A DNA stretch of 64,000 bases from Dehalococcoidia bacterium. Lineage in GTDB: Bacteria; Chloroflexota; Dehalococcoidia; Lucifugimonadales; VXLM01. The notes beneath the pieces were generated by a model. The model ran no database searches. It was not told where the DNA came from and saw only the letters and a list, made by a program, of their open reading frames with translations. How positions within the stretch are numbered: position 1 is the stretch's first letter; the number at the start of each line of letters is the position of its first letter. The DNA lies in NCBI GenBank assembly GCA_963662435.1, contig OY759598.1, positions 838,507-902,506 of the forward strand, in the 5' to 3' direction. Positions 31,233-39,969 of the stretch are shown piece after piece. The position numbers and the translations under genes are program-made.

Positions 31233-31927
31233 GTGGTGCCCACCTGCGAACGTGAGCGGAGGATGGCCTCGGCCATGGTGATGTCCTCCGGGGTCGTGAC
31301 TTTAAGATTCTCGTAGGAACCCATGAATATCTTAACGTCGCGTCGCAATAGTTCGACCATGGATGCGTCGTCAGTAACATCGGCCTCGATGGTACGGTGA
31401 GCGCTTCTGAGAAGTTCAGATTCAAATACCTGGGGTGTTTGGACAGCCCAGAGGTTTTCCCTTGGGACGGTATTGTGGACGGACATTTCTTTGTCGGCGA
31501 TCTTAATGGTGTCTTTCACGGGAACGGCGGCGATGGCGGCTTCGTGGTCTGACGCGGCTTGGACGGCGCGCGAGATGATCTGGGCGTCAATGAGGGGGCG
31601 CGCACCGTCGTGAACCAAGACGTGGGTGGCGTCGCCGACGTGCTCAAGTCCTGCACGGACGGAATCCTGACGGCGCGACCCGCCTGTGCAGACGGCGAAA
31701 ATCTTGTCGGTAGGCATCCGGTCAGCAAGGGTTCGAACGGAATCGGCATTCGTTTCACCGGCGACGATGACGATGCCCGAAATAGAATCTGTTTTGGTCA
31801 GTTCAAGGAGACTGTATTCCAGCAGCGGGCGTCCGAGAAGGGGTGCGACTATCTTGTCTACGCCGTTCATGCGAGTGCTGCCGCCTGCACCGAGAAGAAT
31901 CACGACGATTTTGGTTGGTCGAGTCAT
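31229..31927 (-). CDS. ispD: MEP cytidylyltransferase
   Basis: GGSRRQDSV, HDGARP, QTPQ, TDDAS, KVTT. Confidence 0.95.
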   Translation of the reverse strand: MTRPTKIVVILLGAGGSTRMNGVDKIVAPLLGRPLLEYSLLELTKTDSISGIVIVAGETNADSVRTLADRMPTDKIFAVCTGGSRRQDSVRAGLEHVGDATHVLVHDGARPLIDAQIISRAVQAASDHEAAIAAVPVKDTIKIADKEMSVHNTVPRENLWAVQTPQVFESELLRSAHRTIEADVTDDASMVELLRRDVKIFMGSYENLKVTTPEDITMAEAILRSRSQVGTT

Positions 31928-32075
31928 GGACCGCCTCTACGTGTGATTGACCTTGTTCAAGTATACAGGCAGGGTGGGGTGATGTAGAAATTGGAATTAA
32001 GGAGGTTGTTTTAGGGGATGTCCAATGGCCCAGGGAAGTACGTTCGTGCCGAGCCTTTCGAACCATGTACAGGGG

Positions 32076-32375
32076 TGACCACCCTTAGACTGGCTTCCAA
32101 GTAACCGATTCATATCAGCGACGATGCACGGCCATCTTCAGCCTTCGACAGGCTCAGGCCGAACGTACTCTCGCTTACCTGGTTCTCCCGTTACTGACAC
32201 CCCTGCCCGGCCCCGCGCGCTGGGCGTAAAGCTGCTCAAGGTGGGGCCCTTCGTAGACATCATTCATAGAGTTTCCCGGCGCGAGGCATTCTCTCTAAGG
32301 AAACAGGAGAAGGGGAATCTCTCCCTGGTTGAGCCGGACTGCACCCCAAAATCCAGTCTGGGAGAGGGGTAGTCA
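32076..32375 (-). ncRNA. Candidate roughly 300-nt structured ncRNA (6S/Ms1-like rod)
   Basis: The ends pair over about 45 nt, with several G-U pairs that work only on the minus strand. Nested internal stems are present, a TATCAT -10 box lies at 32385-32380, and there is no credible ORF. Confidence 0.6.
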
Positions 32376-32379
32376 GGGC

Positions 32380-32389
32380 ATGATAGAAT
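32380..32389. promoter_or_regulatory. Overlapping divergent -10 boxes
   Basis: Plus strand TGATAGAAT (extended -10) faces the EVE gene; minus strand TATCAT faces the ncRNA candidate. Confidence 0.45.
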
Positions 32390-32420
32390 GGGAAGAGAAT
32401 GTATAGATAGAGGCTCGACC

Positions 32421-33074
32421 ATGCCGAATAACTATTGGATGGTCGTCCAGACGCCGGAAAATCACGAGATAACGAGAGGGCAGGGATTTACACTACACGG
32501 GTTAACTTCGAAGCAGAAGCGTCGAGCACGACGCATGGAACCGGACGACCGTATCCTGTTCTATGTTGGCGGAGAGATGCGAAAGTGGACGGCCATCGCG
32601 GTCATCAAATCGAAGTATTTCGAAGATCGAACCCCGATCTGGGAGCCTAACGGTTCAAGACAAGAACTGTTCCCGTATCGTGTAAAGACGTCGCCCTCCA
32701 TCGTCCTGGACGAAGCAGACTACATCGAGGCGCGAATACTGGCCCCACGGCTTGAGTATGTCAAGCGCTGGCCGCCGGAACTGTGGCCGCTGGCATTCTT
32801 CGACACGCTGCACCTGATTCCTCAGCGCGACTATCGCTTGATCGAAGTGGAGATGCGCCGGATCAGGCAGCAAAAGAGGTCCTCCGGCCGGAATACGGAG
32901 CGTGTCGACCATAGCACTGAATCCCAATTGGATCTGGACGCGACACAATCGGACTCGGTGGAAGACACAAGTGAGTCACATGAGGCCGAGCGGAATGACG
33001 AACGTGATTTGGACGTGACAGCTGGTGAAGCTGTCGAAGATCACTATTCCCCTGATACTGAGTCCGACGGGTGA
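32421..33074 (+). CDS. EVE (PUA-like) domain protein with an acidic tail
   Basis: NYWMVV, MEPDDRILFY, FPYRV, HLIPQRDY. Confidence 0.8.
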   Translation: MPNNYWMVVQTPENHEITRGQGFTLHGLTSKQKRRARRMEPDDRILFYVGGEMRKWTAIAVIKSKYFEDRTPIWEPNGSRQELFPYRVKTSPSIVLDEADYIEARILAPRLEYVKRWPPELWPLAFFDTLHLIPQRDYRLIEVEMRRIRQQKRSSGRNTERVDHSTESQLDLDATQSDSVEDTSESHEAERNDERDLDVTAGEAVEDHYSPDTESDG

Positions 33075-34042
33075 AAGTAGTCGTCGTGGAGCTCAATTAG
33101 CCGCTCAAGCATCTGCCACGGCAGGTCCTTCGTCTCAGGGGCAGTTGCAAATTCCCGCAGACGTTCGGCGTTCGTTATGTTGGGCAAGACAGATGCCACC
33201 TGCGGAGTGTCGAGCGCAAACTTGATCGCTATCTGGCCGATGGTGGAGTCCATGTTGTCAGTGAGGAAGTCAAGCTCCGCGAGGTGCTTGATCCCTTTGC
33301 TGAGTGCTTCGTAGGCCTCGTCACTGTCGATTTCGTCTCGCTTCAGCCGGGAACTCTTGGTGAAGGTGCCGTCGAGGAGTCCCGATGCGTGTGGAGAACG
33401 GGCGATGAAGCCCGTGCGGGTCGAGTTGTCGGACGCCAACGCATACAGCCGTCTAGCGGGGTCGCGGTCTAGGATGTTGTAGGGCAGTTGAAGCGCGGAA
33501 ATCTCGCGCTCGACTATTGCGTACTCGCCCACCTCTTTGAAGTCCAGGCCCGGGCCGAGTGCTATGCCGTAGTAGCGGACCTTGCCTTCTCCTACTAGGT
33601 TGTCCAGCGTGTAGAAGAGGGCGTCATCCTCCAGAACGTCGGGGAGCGGGTAGTGCAACTGAAGTAGGTCGATGTAGTCGGTGCCAAGGCGGCGGAGGCT
33701 TTCCTCGGTCGCGGTGCGGATATACTCGGGATCGAAGTTCGGAGGGAGGCCGCCGAGCTCGCGAACCGCGAGACGATCATAGAAGTCGAAACCGACCTTA
33801 GTGCTGATGATGACATCGTGGCGCTGGTCTTCAAGGGCGTTGCGGAGCAGCGATTCACCGTAGCCCTCGCCGTCCGAATCGGCAGTCTCGAAGTAGTTGA
33901 TTCCTAGCTCGAAAGCTGAGACCAGCAGGTTTTCTGCGTAACTGTCCGAGACGATGGGCCATGCCTCGGTGCTGAGGGTCCAGAGGCCGAAGCCGACCTC
34001 GGAGAGGTGGAGGTCGGTAGAGCCGAGTTGTCGGAATTTCAT
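33044..34042 (-). CDS. Aldo/keto reductase family protein
   Basis: GFGLW, STKVG, SLRRLGTDYIDLLQLH. The catalytic Tyr position is atypical. Confidence 0.88.
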   Translation of the reverse strand: MKFRQLGSTDLHLSEVGFGLWTLSTEAWPIVSDSYAENLLVSAFELGINYFETADSDGEGYGESLLRNALEDQRHDVIISTKVGFDFYDRLAVRELGGLPPNFDPEYIRTATEESLRRLGTDYIDLLQLHYPLPDVLEDDALFYTLDNLVGEGKVRYYGIALGPGLDFKEVGEYAIVEREISALQLPYNILDRDPARRLYALASDNSTRTGFIARSPHASGLLDGTFTKSSRLKRDEIDSDEAYEALSKGIKHLAELDFLTDNMDSTIGQIAIKFALDTPQVASVLPNITNAERLREFATAPETKDLPWQMLERLIELHDDYFHPSDSVSGE

Positions 34043-34204
34043 TGGTGGTTAGTACAGGAATAAAGGGGAATTGTCTTGTTCTTGTTGTGCGAGACCTGGG
34101 GATTCCTGTAGTGGGTAGCCTTGGTCAACCGGGTGATACACCGCGTTTCTAGTTCGTAGCGGGCCCCAGCCTTCTCCCACGACAGAGAAGAGAAAATGAA
34201 ATGG

Positions 34205-34230
34205 GCTCCGCATTGTCGGAAATGTGGGGC
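34205..34230 (-). terminator. Putative terminator hairpin after the NHL gene
   Basis: gccccacatt-loop-aatgcggagc followed by a pyrimidine-rich tail on the minus strand. Confidence 0.4.
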
Positions 34231-35243
34231 TACACCGTCGATAGGGAAGGCACGGTAGGCGGAGGCAGGAGCTCTTCCTGGGTTAGTGGGTAGGCCTCTT
34301 TCTTGTAGACCTGGATGCGGTGGCAGCCGTGGTCGGTGATGTAAAGGTGGCCTTCGTCGTCGATTCGGACGGACGAAGGGCCCCGAAGTCGCTTGGATGG
34401 TCCGAGTGGAGTCGTCTCTCGTAATCGAAGGACTTTGGCATTGGAGCGGATGTAGGTCATCGCCATCTTTCCAAGAGTGGCGTCGCCGATGAAGGTGTCG
34501 ACGTATCGCCCAGTCTGGTCGAACTGCTGGACCCGGTCGTTTCCCCAGTCTGCAACGTAGATATCACCATCGGTGTCGACGGTGAGTCTTGCCGGACGGT
34601 TGAATTCCAGTTCCCCGTCGCCAGACGAGCCGAGGGTCCAGAGGAACTCACCATCGGCGGTAAACTTCTGGATGCTGTCGTTGCGCCAGTCGGCGACGTA
34701 CACGTCACCAAGCTCATCGACGCATACGCCCCAGGGCATGTTGAACTCGCCGTCGCCCGTGCCGAAACTGCCCCAGCAGTGGAGGTAGCCGCCATCCTTG
34801 GTGAATTTCTGTATGCGGTGGTTCATGGTGTCGACAATGTACAGGTTTTCATCGCCATCGAAGGCGATGCCGGAGGGACGGTCGAGTTGGCCCTCGTCGC
34901 TGCCGTGCTCACCCCACTTGCTGAGGAAGTTGCCGTCCTTATCGAAAACGGTGATTCGATGGAGTTCCTCGTCGGTGACGTACAGGTTTTCGTCGGAATC
35001 GCGGACGATGGAGGAGGGCCAGATGAACTGGCCGTCGCCGGTGCCCTTGCTTCCGATCGCCCCCAGCTCGTCGTCGTCGGTATTGAGCACGCGGATGTGT
35101 AGGACGCCCTCGGCGCGGCAAATGCAGTAGAGCCGTCCTTCTTCGCCGATAGCAAGGTCGATGGGGCTGTCGGTGCTGCGACGCATCCCCAGCGATTTTA
35201 CGTAGGGAAAACCTGCTCGCAACATTGCATGGGGTCTGGTCAT
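34230..35243 (-). CDS. NHL-repeat beta-propeller protein
   Basis: Repeated G-GDG-F--P-GIA-D----YV-D--NHRIQKF units. Confidence 0.9.
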   Translation of the reverse strand: MTRPHAMLRAGFPYVKSLGMRRSTDSPIDLAIGEEGRLYCICRAEGVLHIRVLNTDDDELGAIGSKGTGDGQFIWPSSIVRDSDENLYVTDEELHRITVFDKDGNFLSKWGEHGSDEGQLDRPSGIAFDGDENLYIVDTMNHRIQKFTKDGGYLHCWGSFGTGDGEFNMPWGVCVDELGDVYVADWRNDSIQKFTADGEFLWTLGSSGDGELEFNRPARLTVDTDGDIYVADWGNDRVQQFDQTGRYVDTFIGDATLGKMAMTYIRSNAKVLRLRETTPLGPSKRLRGPSSVRIDDEGHLYITDHGCHRIQVYKKEAYPLTQEELLPPPTVPSLSTV

Positions 35244-35256
35244 AAGTGTGAATTCC

Positions 35257-35916
35257 TCACAGTTGTCCGGCAACCCACTTCACGCCTCGCTCCAATACGG
35301 TGCGGAACGTGGGGTTCGTCCAGGTCTGGTCGTCGTGGCCCGACTGGAAGCAGAATGTCCTGCCGCCGGGGCGGTCACGGGTCCAGCCGATGGTCTTCAT
35401 GCTCTCGGGATGATCAGTAGTCAGTAGGACGTCGTTGTCGCTGCCGACCTCGACGCCGGCGTAATACTCATCGATCATATCCCAGGACGCGAGGCCGCTC
35501 GTGATGGGGTGGTCTGTGTCCGTCGGGTTGATGCACAGCGTCTGATCAGCTGCGCTGCCGGTGGCGCCCCTGGTGGGTATGCCGCTCAGTTTCTCCCACA
35601 CGTCCCACTGCGGGTAGCAGAGGATGGCGTGGTGAAGGAGGACGATGCCGGTTTCGGAGGAGGCAAGCTCACCAAGAGAACAGGCAACGGCGTCATCCAG
35701 TTCCCCGCCAACTGTGCCGGGAGTGTCCTGGTGGTAGTTGAAGAAGACGACGGTATCGTAGCGCTTCCAACCGCCCATAGGGTCGGTTGCGAAGTCCTCC
35801 AGGCTCTGCACGTAGCCGTCGATGTTCGGCAACTCGCGGAAGAGACGCTGGAAGTTGAGCACGTCGTACTCGTGGTTGCCGGTTACAACGGCGGTTTTGA
35901 TGAGGGTGCTGGTCAT
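35257..35916 (-). CDS. ThuA-like domain protein
   Basis: LLHHA, HPITSGL, DEYY, GRTFCFQSGHD. Confidence 0.8.
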   Translation of the reverse strand: MTSTLIKTAVVTGNHEYDVLNFQRLFRELPNIDGYVQSLEDFATDPMGGWKRYDTVVFFNYHQDTPGTVGGELDDAVACSLGELASSETGIVLLHHAILCYPQWDVWEKLSGIPTRGATGSAADQTLCINPTDTDHPITSGLASWDMIDEYYAGVEVGSDNDVLLTTDHPESMKTIGWTRDRPGGRTFCFQSGHDDQTWTNPTFRTVLERGVKWVAGQL

Positions 35917-35952
35917 AACGGTTGATTTGTTGCCAGGTATAGTCAGTCGTTC

Positions 35953-37086
35953 TCAGGCAAAGACGTCGATCTGCTCAAAGTGTCCCTTGACGATGGAAGG
36001 GGCATCGAGTCCCATCCACTGGTCCAGGAGGGTCCCGTAGATGCCACGGAAGTCGATGGTGTGCTTGAGGTCTTCGCCGTGCTCCCACTGGGCCGGGTTG
36101 AGGGGCGGGTACTCGGAGTAGAGACCTCCCTTGACGCGATCGCCGATTATGAACGCCCCTCCGCCGGTGCCATGGTCGGTGCCGCTGCCGTTGTCCTTCA
36201 TGCGCCTGCCAAATTCGGTGAAGACGAACATGACCACCTCTTCGGCGGCATCGTGGGCTCTGAGGTCGTCGAAGAAGTCGGCTATGCCGGTCGAGAGTTC
36301 GTCGAGCAGCCTGGGCTGTGTCGGATTCTCGGCGGCGTGGGTGTCGTAGCCTCCGTGAGCGACGTAGAGAATTCTGGTTCCGAGGTCGGCCAGATGGATG
36401 CGGGCAGCGTCCTTGAGGGACTTGGCAAATGCGTTGCCGGCATACTCGACATCGGAACTGTACTTGACGGGAGCTTCGGCCAAACGGTCTGCTCCCTTGA
36501 GCACGTCTCCGCCGGTCTGGGCGAGGTAGTCCATGACCATACCGGTCCCGAACGCTGGACCGTACATGCGCTTGAAGACGTCCAGGGCTTCCTCTCGTTC
36601 GCGATTGTCGGTGATTGAGGTCATGACGCCGTACGTGTCGAGATCGCCCACCGAGGCGACGGGCACGCCGGGCGCCGTCATGGCGCGTGGGAGGCCTCGA
36701 CCGAGGTTGACGCCGGTCAGGACATTTTCGCTGTCGGGGTCGAGGTCCCGGATAGCCTGCCCGAGCCAGCCCTTGGTGGATACGGTGTCGGGCTCGCAGG
36801 TGTGCCAGATGTCCATTGCGCGGAAGTGGGAACGGTTGGAGTTGGGATAGCCGATGCCCTGGATGACCGCCACGTTACCCTCGTCGAACATCTCCTTGAG
36901 AGGTGCAGTCTTTGGATGGAAACCCAACTGATCGTTCAGGGGAATTATCGTGTCTTGAGGCACATTGACGACGGGCCGGCAGTCCCAGTAGATGGGGCTG
37001 TTGTACGGAATCAGGGTGTTCATGAAGTCGTTGCCGCCGCTCAGCTGAACGACGACCAACACGGGCGGTTTGCCGTTCCCTGCCAT
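35953..37086 (-). CDS. DUF1501 family protein
   Basis: QLSGGND, SHFRAMDIW, GGYDTH, TEFGRR, GTDHG. Confidence 0.9.
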   Translation of the reverse strand: MAGNGKPPVLVVVQLSGGNDFMNTLIPYNSPIYWDCRPVVNVPQDTIIPLNDQLGFHPKTAPLKEMFDEGNVAVIQGIGYPNSNRSHFRAMDIWHTCEPDTVSTKGWLGQAIRDLDPDSENVLTGVNLGRGLPRAMTAPGVPVASVGDLDTYGVMTSITDNREREEALDVFKRMYGPAFGTGMVMDYLAQTGGDVLKGADRLAEAPVKYSSDVEYAGNAFAKSLKDAARIHLADLGTRILYVAHGGYDTHAAENPTQPRLLDELSTGIADFFDDLRAHDAAEEVVMFVFTEFGRRMKDNGSGTDHGTGGGAFIIGDRVKGGLYSEYPPLNPAQWEHGEDLKHTIDFRGIYGTLLDQWMGLDAPSIVKGHFEQIDVFA

Positions 37087-37131
37087 GTTCATCTCCTTCC
37101 GGGTTGTTACTTCACGTCGTACTTCGAAGTT

Positions 37132-38529
37132 TCAGGCCATCTGATATTCGCGCGAGGCGGCGATGAATTGGAGCATTCGCCGTGTTCGGGTCTCGGAACC
37201 CGCCGGGTCTTGTGCAAAGTCCAATGGGCCTCCCGACTCTGCGTAATGGTTCAGGGCTTCAGAGGTGTCGTCGTCGACGTCGAGTGGGCCGACGAGGTCG
37301 AGGCAATGCTCGACGAATTCTGAGGGCGAGAGGGCGCGATCCGAGGAGGAGAGGCGCTCAATCATTTCGCGGATGCCGGGTTTTGAGGCGTCGCTGAATT
37401 CCTCGACGGCGTAGTTTACTCGTTCGTTGAGAGTGCCGCCGTCGATCCACTCCTTGCCGGTGTGCCAGCCTTCGACGGTGGGTGGGTTCATGAGGAACTG
37501 TCCCATCGTGGCGGCAGTGCCGGTGAGATCGAACTGGTCGGGATGGGGGAACCGGTGCGTTCCAAGAATCTTGGCGGTACCCGCGATCAGTTCCACGGGA
37601 CTCTTGACCCGCTGGAATCGGGCTTCTTTGAAGAACCGGGAGTTGAAGAGCGTGCGGAGGACGGCACGAATGTCGCCGTCGGACTTAATGAAGGCCTCGG
37701 TCAGGACATTAATGGCGTCGGGGTCCTTCGGTGGGACGGTATTCCAGGCGGGTACCTGTACCTCGTCAGCGACAAAGAAGTTGTAGAGCAGCCTGGAGAC
37801 GAAGCGCGCGGAGGCCGGTTGCTGGACGATCATGTCAATGATGTCCTCGCCATTGAAGTCGCCGGTGTGGCCGAGGTAGGTCTTTACGCTGTGGTCGTGA
37901 TCGTCTTCGCGATAGACGAATCGTGATTGGAAGTGGCCGTAGGGGTACAGGGGCATCGGCTGGCGAAACGTCCATCCGGTGAAGGCCCTGGCGGCCATCT
38001 TGACGTCGTCCTCGGTGTAGTTGCCAATGCCCATGGAGAACAGTTCCATGAGCTCTCTGCCGTAGTTCTCGTTGGGGTCGCCGTTGTGGTTCTCGTTGTT
38101 GTCCAGCCAGAAGATCATGCAGGGGTCGCGGGAGAGGTCGAGCAGGATGGTGCGGAAGTCCGACATGCCGTTGCGACGGAACATATCGTTCTGTGCCAAC
38201 AGGGTCGCCGTGTGCTCGCCCTTGTGGTATGCGCAGGCGAAGATGTGGTGCCAGAAGAGGGCCATCTTTTCCTGGAGTGGGCGCTCGGAATTCACCATAC
38301 GATAGATCCACTTCGCGCCGTTTCCCGTGAGTGAGTCGAAATTGACGAGCGGGCCATGATAGCGGCGGAGGATATCGTCCTCGATATCGGGAAAGCGTTC
38401 GGGGTGGAGCAGGTCTTCGACAACGTCCTCGTATGGGCGCTCCGCCTGTCGTTCGAGCTCGCCGCGTGTTGCGCCGAAACCGGCGCGACGATACAGGTGA
38501 GCCATGAGGGCGATCTTTTCGTTAGCCAT
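37132..38529 (-). CDS. DUF1800 family protein
   Basis: RRAGFG, EKMALFWH, NENYGRELMELF, KSPVE. Confidence 0.9.
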   Translation of the reverse strand: MANEKIALMAHLYRRAGFGATRGELERQAERPYEDVVEDLLHPERFPDIEDDILRRYHGPLVNFDSLTGNGAKWIYRMVNSERPLQEKMALFWHHIFACAYHKGEHTATLLAQNDMFRRNGMSDFRTILLDLSRDPCMIFWLDNNENHNGDPNENYGRELMELFSMGIGNYTEDDVKMAARAFTGWTFRQPMPLYPYGHFQSRFVYREDDHDHSVKTYLGHTGDFNGEDIIDMIVQQPASARFVSRLLYNFFVADEVQVPAWNTVPPKDPDAINVLTEAFIKSDGDIRAVLRTLFNSRFFKEARFQRVKSPVELIAGTAKILGTHRFPHPDQFDLTGTAATMGQFLMNPPTVEGWHTGKEWIDGGTLNERVNYAVEEFSDASKPGIREMIERLSSSDRALSPSEFVEHCLDLVGPLDVDDDTSEALNHYAESGGPLDFAQDPAGSETRTRRMLQFIAASREYQMA

Positions 38530-38632
38530 GTTCGCCTCCAGATGCTCGGCTAGCCTTGGGACGCCAGCTGGGGCTGTTGGCCCTTATCATACTGTAGGAA
38601 TTTGTTTGAGACAACGCCTTAAAGCAGGTAGA

Positions 38633-38781
38633 AACTGTTCAGTCTTCGTGAGTTGAAACGCGAAGACCCCCTCTCTGAATCTCTCCCCCGCCGGGGGAGA
38701 GATTGTAGGTTCTTCGTCGCTGCGCTCCTCAGAATGACAGCGAGATAACAATTCGTGCAATCTCATAAACTCTGAACAGTT
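38633..38781. mobile_element. MITE-like composite repeat, copy 1
   Basis: Terminal IR aactgttcag/ctgaacagtt extends imperfectly to about 27 bp and encloses two REP-like hairpins. A near-identical copy lies at 47449-47595. Confidence 0.65.
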
Positions 38782-38881
38782 ACAGCAGGTATGTAACAGT
38801 AGGATTTCTCTGTGGCCACGCGGAGCGGGCAGGAATGTATAATGAACGCCTAACTTGGCGGGCTCAAGGAGAATATTCGGA

Positions 38882-39769
38882 ATGAGCAAAGTGGGATTCA
38901 TCGGCCTCGGTCTCATCGGGAAGCCGATGTGCATGAACTTGGTGAAGAAGGGATTCGACGTCACCTGCTGGAACCGGACGGCGTCGAAGATGGAGGACGT
39001 TGTTGCGGCGGGCGCGAAGGCTGCAGGCTCGGCGAGGGATGCCGCGGAGGGCAATGAATTCACGATCATTATGGTGAATGACTCGCCCGATGTGGAAGAA
39101 GTGATTCTCGGGCCGAATGGTGTTATTGAAGGAGCGGAGGAGGACTCTGTCGTCATTGATATGAGCACGATATCTCCGTCTGTGACACGAGAGATAGCCT
39201 GCAAGCTGGCCGGAAAGGGCGTTCACATGCTCGATGGGCCCGTCAGCGGAGGAGTGGGGGGAGCGGAGACCGGTACGCTCTCAATCATGGTTGGTGGAGA
39301 CGCCGAGGTATTGGAGCGGAGCCGTCATGTCCTGGAAGGCATGGGCACACGCATAACCCACTGCGGCAGCAACGGGATGGGGCAGGTGACCAAGCTCGCC
39401 AACAACATTACTGGTCAAGGTACCCTGGCGGCGGTTACCGAGGGACTTATCTTCGCAGCCAAACACGGGGGAGATCTGGAGGCAACGTTGAGCGCATTGA
39501 GTGGAGGCGCCGCGCAGTCGTGGATGTTGGAGAATCTCGGTGCGCGAATGTGCGACCGTGACTTCGCGCCGGGCTTCATGGTGGATACGGCCCAGAAGGA
39601 TATGAGGCTGATCCTGCAGGCGGCGGAAGAGATGAATGTCTCTCTGCCCGTTACGGCTCTGGTGACCCAGATCTTCCGCTCGGCCCAGGAGATGGGGTAC
39701 GGTGAGGACGGGACCCAGGCGTATGCCAAGGTGATGGAAACGCTTACCGGGGCCACGCTGGAGCGGTAG
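38882..39769 (+). CDS. 3-hydroxyisobutyrate / tartronate semialdehyde reductase family
   Basis: GFIGLG, DMSTI, DGPVSGG, TKLANN. Confidence 0.9.
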   Translation: MSKVGFIGLGLIGKPMCMNLVKKGFDVTCWNRTASKMEDVVAAGAKAAGSARDAAEGNEFTIIMVNDSPDVEEVILGPNGVIEGAEEDSVVIDMSTISPSVTREIACKLAGKGVHMLDGPVSGGVGGAETGTLSIMVGGDAEVLERSRHVLEGMGTRITHCGSNGMGQVTKLANNITGQGTLAAVTEGLIFAAKHGGDLEATLSALSGGAAQSWMLENLGARMCDRDFAPGFMVDTAQKDMRLILQAAEEMNVSLPVTALVTQIFRSAQEMGYGEDGTQAYAKVMETLTGATLER

Positions 39770-39969
39770 AGTAGGGTGAGACGGCGGGCTATAATCCACT
39801 GAGTCATTTGGAGGGTGTCCAATATGTCGCCGGGTCCATTCGTGGTGAACTTGTCGAACCATGAACGACCCTTCGACAGGCTCAGGGTGAACGGGGTTTT
39901 TCAGCACCCTCATAGAGGGAAGATGAGTATGGGCGGTGAAATCGCCCTCTTTGAAATGGAGGTCTTTGG

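Noticed and set aside
32072..32090. T-box riboswitch for ispD-ispF-cysS (aagggtggtcacc on the minus strand)
   Set aside because: The bulge has an extra base relative to UGGNACC, there is no recognisable Stem I or terminator, and the segment pairs better with the RNA 5' end.
32076..32375. tmRNA, RNase P RNA, SRP RNA, or a TPP/cobalamin riboswitch
   Set aside because: It lacks the T-arm/CCA end, GAGGAAAGUCC, the SRP GGAA loop motif and the riboswitch core motifs.
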